A stretch of 64,000 nucleotides of DNA from the human T2T-CHM13v2.0 reference genome, Homo sapiens: assembly GCF_009914755.1 (NCBI RefSeq), contig NC_060933.1, one strand, 5' to 3'. The translations under genes and the position numbers were made by a program. The notes under the pieces were generated by a model. The model saw only the letters and a program-made list of their open reading frames with translations, was not told where the DNA came from and ran no database searches. Of the stretch, positions 56,985-64,000 are shown piece by piece; the stretch's first letter is position 1, and every line of letters begins with the position of its first letter.

Positions 56985-57063
56985 TCCGTCCACTCTCTCA
57001 TCAGTGACTTTAAGGACCCGCCGACTGCTAAATACCGGGCTGCACACGTCTTCTTCACTGACT
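56985..57063 (+). CDS. STXBP1: STXBP1 exon 5, [26 protein letters not shown] (79 nt)
   Basis: Acceptor ccatccacag|, donor T|gtgagt. Confidence 0.99.
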
Positions 57064-57971
57064 GTGAGTACAACCAAGAGCTGTCCCCAGTCCCATCAGG
57101 CAGGTTAGCATTTCTGTACAGCTGGGCTGAGCCAAAACTAAGGCAGGTCAAGAGGGAAGAAATGGGTTGTTACCATGCTTGTCCCGATCTGCTGGTTTCT
57201 CTTCAGAAGATAAATTGCATAAGAGACAAAAATAAGTGCACGCAAATACAAACCCACTAGATCATGCAGTCCTTCCTGCTGAAAAATAGCACACAAGCAC
57301 CTCTTCTCAGGACTGACAGGCTTGGTGCTGAGAATGACCTTCCTGAGGCTTGGCATTTCATTATGTAGACTTCCAGTTAGCACTGTATGCTGTAGTATGT
57401 TTCCATCAATTTTTCAACTACAAAGATATTCCAATCCAGTAGTCTTTGTATTAGATAGAATCTGCATCATTACCCTAGAATTAGTTTTCTTATGTTTTGA
57501 GGATTTTATGCTCAGATCCTAGCGGAGAAGCAGAGGGAGATGAATTGACCTGGACAGCTACAGAGTATAAAACAGTAAGAATTCACCCAGAGATCTTCTC
57601 TCTAGGGATAAACTCCCACAGCACTCACCACTGAGAAAGTGGAAAGGATATAGCAGAAGAAGGATTTTGGCCGGGTGTGGTGGCTCACGCCTATAATCCC
57701 AGCACTTTGGGAGGCCTAGGCGGGTGGATCACCTGAGATCAGAAGTTCGAGACCAGCCTGGTCAACATGGTGAAACCCCATCTCTACAAAAATACAAAAA
57801 TTAGCTGGATATGACAGCAGGTGCCTATAATCCCAGCTACTCGGGAGGCTGAGGTGGGAGAATTGCTTGAACCCAGGAGGCAGAGGTTGCAGTGAGCAAG
57901 ATCACGCCATTGCACTCCAGTCTGGGTGACAGAATGAGACTCCATCCAAAAAAAAAAAAAAATCCTGATAA

Positions 57972-58208
<237 letters not shown>

Positions 58209-59285
58209 TGAGAGGGTGGGGTGGGACCTACTAAAGAGTTGAGGAGGGAAGGTACCATGCTCTGAATTGCCAAATGACAGGTTAGAAGTGGATGTTTACT
58301 GAATGGAAATAGTATTCCATAGGGCCTGCCCCCTGCCCTCATCTTACTCTCCAGTTGTTTCTGACTTTGCTTCAGCCTTGTGCCTTTCTTTGTGTGCATT
58401 TCATCCTTGCTCTCAGTGTTCACTCCTGTCGGCCGACTCCTTGAATAACCACTAAGTAGCCAATCAGAAACGAGCTTGGAAGGAGAGCGAGGGTGGGGAG
58501 CAGAAGCATCCCATCTGCTGCGAAGGAGACTGTTTTTTACGTGGAGATAACCTCAGCTTGTCATGTGCTGAGAGAGCAGATGGCAGCCTTCGTCATTAGC
58601 CGTTAACACTTCAGGTGCCAAATGCCAGGCCCATAAAGCACTCCCTTGGAAACAAACAAAATTATTAAACAAATAAAGGTGAAGCTGATTGTGAGAGAAC
58701 AGACACAACTTGTCTCGGTATTTTGAGAGTTGTTAAAATGTCTTCTCTTACCAGACAAGGAAACAAAAACCACAGGACTTTGATGCATTTTACGGAGCTA
58801 AAAGATGATTGTGGCATATTGGATCTTTACAGATCAGCTTCGAGACACCAGAGAGTGACCTATTCTTAGAGAAGGAGAGATGCATAATATATAGTGTGAA
58901 CATTTAAAAACAGGCTTCCTTCTCACTTGGCCTAAAGCCTGTCACCCGCTTGGGGGAAGGAATTTTTTTTTCTTCTGTGTGTTCCATCCCCACCTGGATA
59001 GAACAAAATCCAGCTTTAGCATATTGAACAATCTTATATTTCAGAAATTTTAAGAAAGTAAACTATTTTTCGAATACCATTTTTTAAGATTAAGGTAGTT
59101 TATATAAACGAGAATTTAAGAGAATACTGATAACTGGAAGACTCAGTCATTTAAGAGAGAATCTTCAACTTCTAGCATACTCCAAAAAAAAAAAAAGAAA
59201 CAGAAAAAGAAGAGACAAATACGGCCAGGCATGATGGTTCACGCCTGTAATCCCAGCACTTTGGGAGGCCAAGACGGGCGGATCA

Positions 59286-59543
<258 letters not shown>

Positions 59544-59689
59544 TTAGAACATGCTACTGAAGATAAGGTATTATTAAATCCATAAATAGCTCCTTTATTT
59601 GCCCACAGTCACAGCACAGTATCTGGCTTGTCTCTTATTTATTGAAACTAAGCTTACAATTTCCAGTGTAGTCTCACACTAATCCCTTC

Positions 59690-60070
59690 TGCTCTCCTCC
59701 TGGCCTTGTCACTGTTCTCCAGGCACCCTAGGTACACACCCGCCCAAGGTCCTTGGCACTGCCTGTTCCCTCCATGTGGAAGTCCCCTGTAAACATCCCA
59801 CCTTCAAGCCCTTGCTCAGATGTTACCTTCTCAGCAAGTCCTGGTGTCCTCCCTGTCCAGCCCTCCTGGACATCCTCCCCTGCTCTGATATTTTCTCATA
59901 TACTTGCCAGTTTCTCAGGACCACACAATTCACTTTTCATTATGTTTATTGTCTGCTTTCTCCTACTAGATTGCAAACTCCTTGAGGACATGGATGTTTT
60001 GGTCACTAATAGTTCCCAAGTGTTTAGCACATGGGCACATGGTAGGCACCCAGTACATATTTGTGGAAGA
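59690..60070 (+). mobile_element. L2 3' remnant directly upstream of exon 7
   Basis: ctagattgcaaactccttgagg...gcacatggtaggcacccagtacatatttgtggaa. Confidence 0.7.
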
Positions 60071-60123
60071 AACGGGAACATATTCTGTAGACTCACTGCC
60101 AGGGTCAGAGAATACTCTGATAG

Positions 60124-60309
<186 letters not shown>

Positions 60310-62109
60310 TAAGGCAGTGCACCAGTCTGCTGGAGTGGCCTCCCGTGTGTCCCCCAAGTGAGGAGCTGGCCTGGACTCCTCCTCCGGCCTTAAGGTTCCT
60401 CTGACAGTTGTCTCAAGAAGATCAGGATTTGAGCATCTCTTACTTCAAATTATTCTTCCAGTGGTTTTGTTATCTTCTCAATGTTATAGTGAAATATAAT
60501 AATACATGCAGAAAAAAGCATAAATCAACTATTGAATAACGAAAATGTGAACCTCTATGTAACTGCAACTCAGGCTGCCTACCGTTTTTAATTTCTTTCT
60601 AATCTTTAAAAACAAATACTATCTTTACTAAAGATGTTTCAGAGTAAGATAAAATACAAAGAGAGTAATTCTCCAAAGGACATGTTCCTCAGATTTTATC
60701 AAGCCACGCATTTCTCACTTGCTTGCTGAGTGCTGGGGGCACCTGAAGCTGAAGACCCAGCCCATGATCAGGGAGGATGGGTGGGATGTGCCTTCCAGCG
60801 TGTATGTGCATGAGAGATGCACCCCTGCAGGCTCGACCCTGCGAGATAGGACAGGCCAAGTGCTGGGGACAGCCACAGTAGGGAGAGGGCCCTTTGAGCC
60901 AAGGGTGAAGCCCGTCTGCAGACCACAGGTGACGATAGGCTCATGAGGAGAGAGAGGCCAGCATTTTGTGTGCACAGTTGGCTCTTGCATTTGGTATAAA
61001 CAAAAACTTGGGAGTTGGGAAAATGTGGGGCACATTTGGGGAAGATGGGTAGTCCAGCACAGTGTATGTGTACGGCAGTGGCGTGGGATGAAGCCAATTC
61101 TGGAGGTCTTGGATGACAGGTTTGGGATTATGTCCTTCGGTGGTTATCACTGGAAACCTATGGGGGATTTGGACGGGGATGACCACAGTTCTCTGGGAGA
61201 GTGAAGGCTGGAGTATAAGCAGGAGTCAGGGCAAGGAAAAACCAGAAGGGGTGGCTAACCAGGAGGCCACTGCAGGAGGAACAAAGGGCCTGGTCTTGGA
61301 GTGATGGGAACGGGGTGGACAGGTAAGGACAGAATCTGAGAGCGTGCAGAGGTGGATTCGGAACTGCCAGCAGGTTAGTAGTAGGGCAGGAAGGGCTTAG
61401 GCTGCCAAGGCATTGTGCCGTGGTAACCAAGAGCTTGGTGGTGCCACGGATCATGGGTTCACCCATCCTGTGACCTCATTGTCTCCTGGAAGTTGTGGCC
61501 ATAGAAAAACACCTTCCGGTTGCTGTCCCAGTGCCTGGCTTCCCTCCACTGTTGGTAATCATGGACAAAGCCAGCCGGCAGTTAAGAAATGGGACCTAGG
61601 TGGCATCTCCTGACTGACCGGTGGGAGCTCAGGCTGGTAGCAGGGCTGCTGCAGTGCTGAGACTGGCCAGGAAGCAGGCAGCCGCCGCCCCAGCATCAGG
61701 TCAGGTGGGGCCCAGGGAGTGCTGTCAGACCCAGCCATGGGGAAGGGTTCAAAGGTTCTCACATTGTTCTGGCCATGCCAGCTGAAATGTCACTCTCCAA
61801 CAAACACAACAAAACAAGACCCAAGAGAATGTGAACTGAGGGAAGTGAGAATCATGGGAGTCAGGCTGGGAGCCTGATCGTGGCAAAAGGTTCACTGACT
61901 GGTCAGGGCCCCCAGTGGAAGTGCGGCAGTTTATCTGAAGCTGCTTGGAAAGACATCTGTTTCCACTTAGATCATTCTGGATAAAAGCAATAAGAAAATC
62001 ACTTACTTATGGTCCAGGCACTGAGCTAAGTGTTTTATTTTGCTTTTCCTTTCTAATTATACTCTCATTGTAAAAACACGAATACAGACAATGCTCACAT
62101 CTCCCCTAA

Positions 62110-62340
<231 letters not shown>

Positions 62341-62604
62341 TGACAGTCCCAGAGACAGCTTGGTTCTGTTGCCACAGAGCATGTGTCAGTGCTGCTTTTC
62401 CTGGGGACTGGCTTCCAGTGAAATGCCTGAAGCCCCTGGGGCAGGGCCATCTACATGTGTTCATCGTGGCCAGGGTGACCAACTTGTTCTGTTTGCCAGG
62501 GCTTTCCTGGTTGCAGCTCTGAATGGCCCAAGTCCCGGGAAACCCCCAGAAGCATAATAGCAAACCAGAAAATCGACAGACACACGCTTCAGAGCTCATT
62601 CAGC

Positions 62605-62723
62605 ATTCACTGGTTTTTACACATGCTCTGTGTACAGCCCTGTGCGTTTTACACATGGATAGATATTCACTGGTTTTTACACATGCTCTGTGTACAGCCC
62701 TGTGCGTTTTACACATGGATAGA
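62605..62723. repeat. Perfect 60-bp tandem duplication in intron 8
   Basis: attcactggtttttacacatgctctgtgtacagccctgtgcgttttacacatggataga at 62605 and 62665. Confidence 0.97.
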
Positions 62724-63063
62724 GTCATGTAACCATCTTACAATCAAGATACAGGGCTGTTTCCTCACCACCTTGATTTTAAAACTGAAAGGCCCAGGTC
62801 CTGGGAACCCGCTTAGTCCCAGGCACACTGGAGGGTGGTTGCCCCATTTGTAGTTGAACTTGGGCAGTTTCCTACAGAAACTCACTTCGGCTCCTAGCGT
62901 TTCATATCTGCCCCTAAGTGCGCTTGCTATGAAATAGAAACACTGGAGTCTTTTAGGGTATTTTTGGTGATCTTGTCTAGCAGTAGACTTCTGTGCTGCG
63001 TTAGTAACTTTGCACCTCAGAGTTTGCTTCCTGCTGCCCTCCTTTACAAGAGGGGTTCGCTAG

Positions 63064-63252
<189 letters not shown>

Positions 63253-63261
63253 TAAGTATAG

Positions 63262-63945
<684 letters not shown>

Positions 63946-64000
63946 AAAAGAGCATTTTTAACCCTAGGAAAAACGGTTCATTGATACAGCCTTGCAAATT

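Overview
Human (or closely related great-ape) genomic DNA covering the 5' half of STXBP1 (Munc18-1, Sec1/Munc18 family) on the + strand. It holds a CpG-island promoter, coding exons 1-9 (794 nt of CDS, [21 protein letters not shown]...[10 protein letters not shown], all GT-AG introns with matching phases) and a ~39.2 kb first intron. The gene continues beyond the window. The rest is very Alu-dense (roughly 70 Alu copies or fragments by eye), with L1, L2, MIR, LTR (MER41-like, THE1, MLT1-like) and hAT DNA-transposon remnants. Almost every long ORF in the supplied track is an Alu or GC-rich artefact. I found no prokaryote-type system, RNA gene or new protein-coding gene. The most interesting observations are: (i) a candidate frameshifting cryptic exon between two long (UG)n tracts just upstream of exon 2, the architecture of a TDP-43-repressed exon; (ii) a stop-free, in-frame 81-nt candidate cassette exon in intron 1; (iii) three Alus carrying insertions templated from nearby sequence; (iv) extra donor sites and a second CpG island suggesting alternative first exons; (v) a THE1 LTR nested inside an Alu. 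All splicing and regulatory ideas are hypotheses from sequence alone. Repeat boundaries are approximate.
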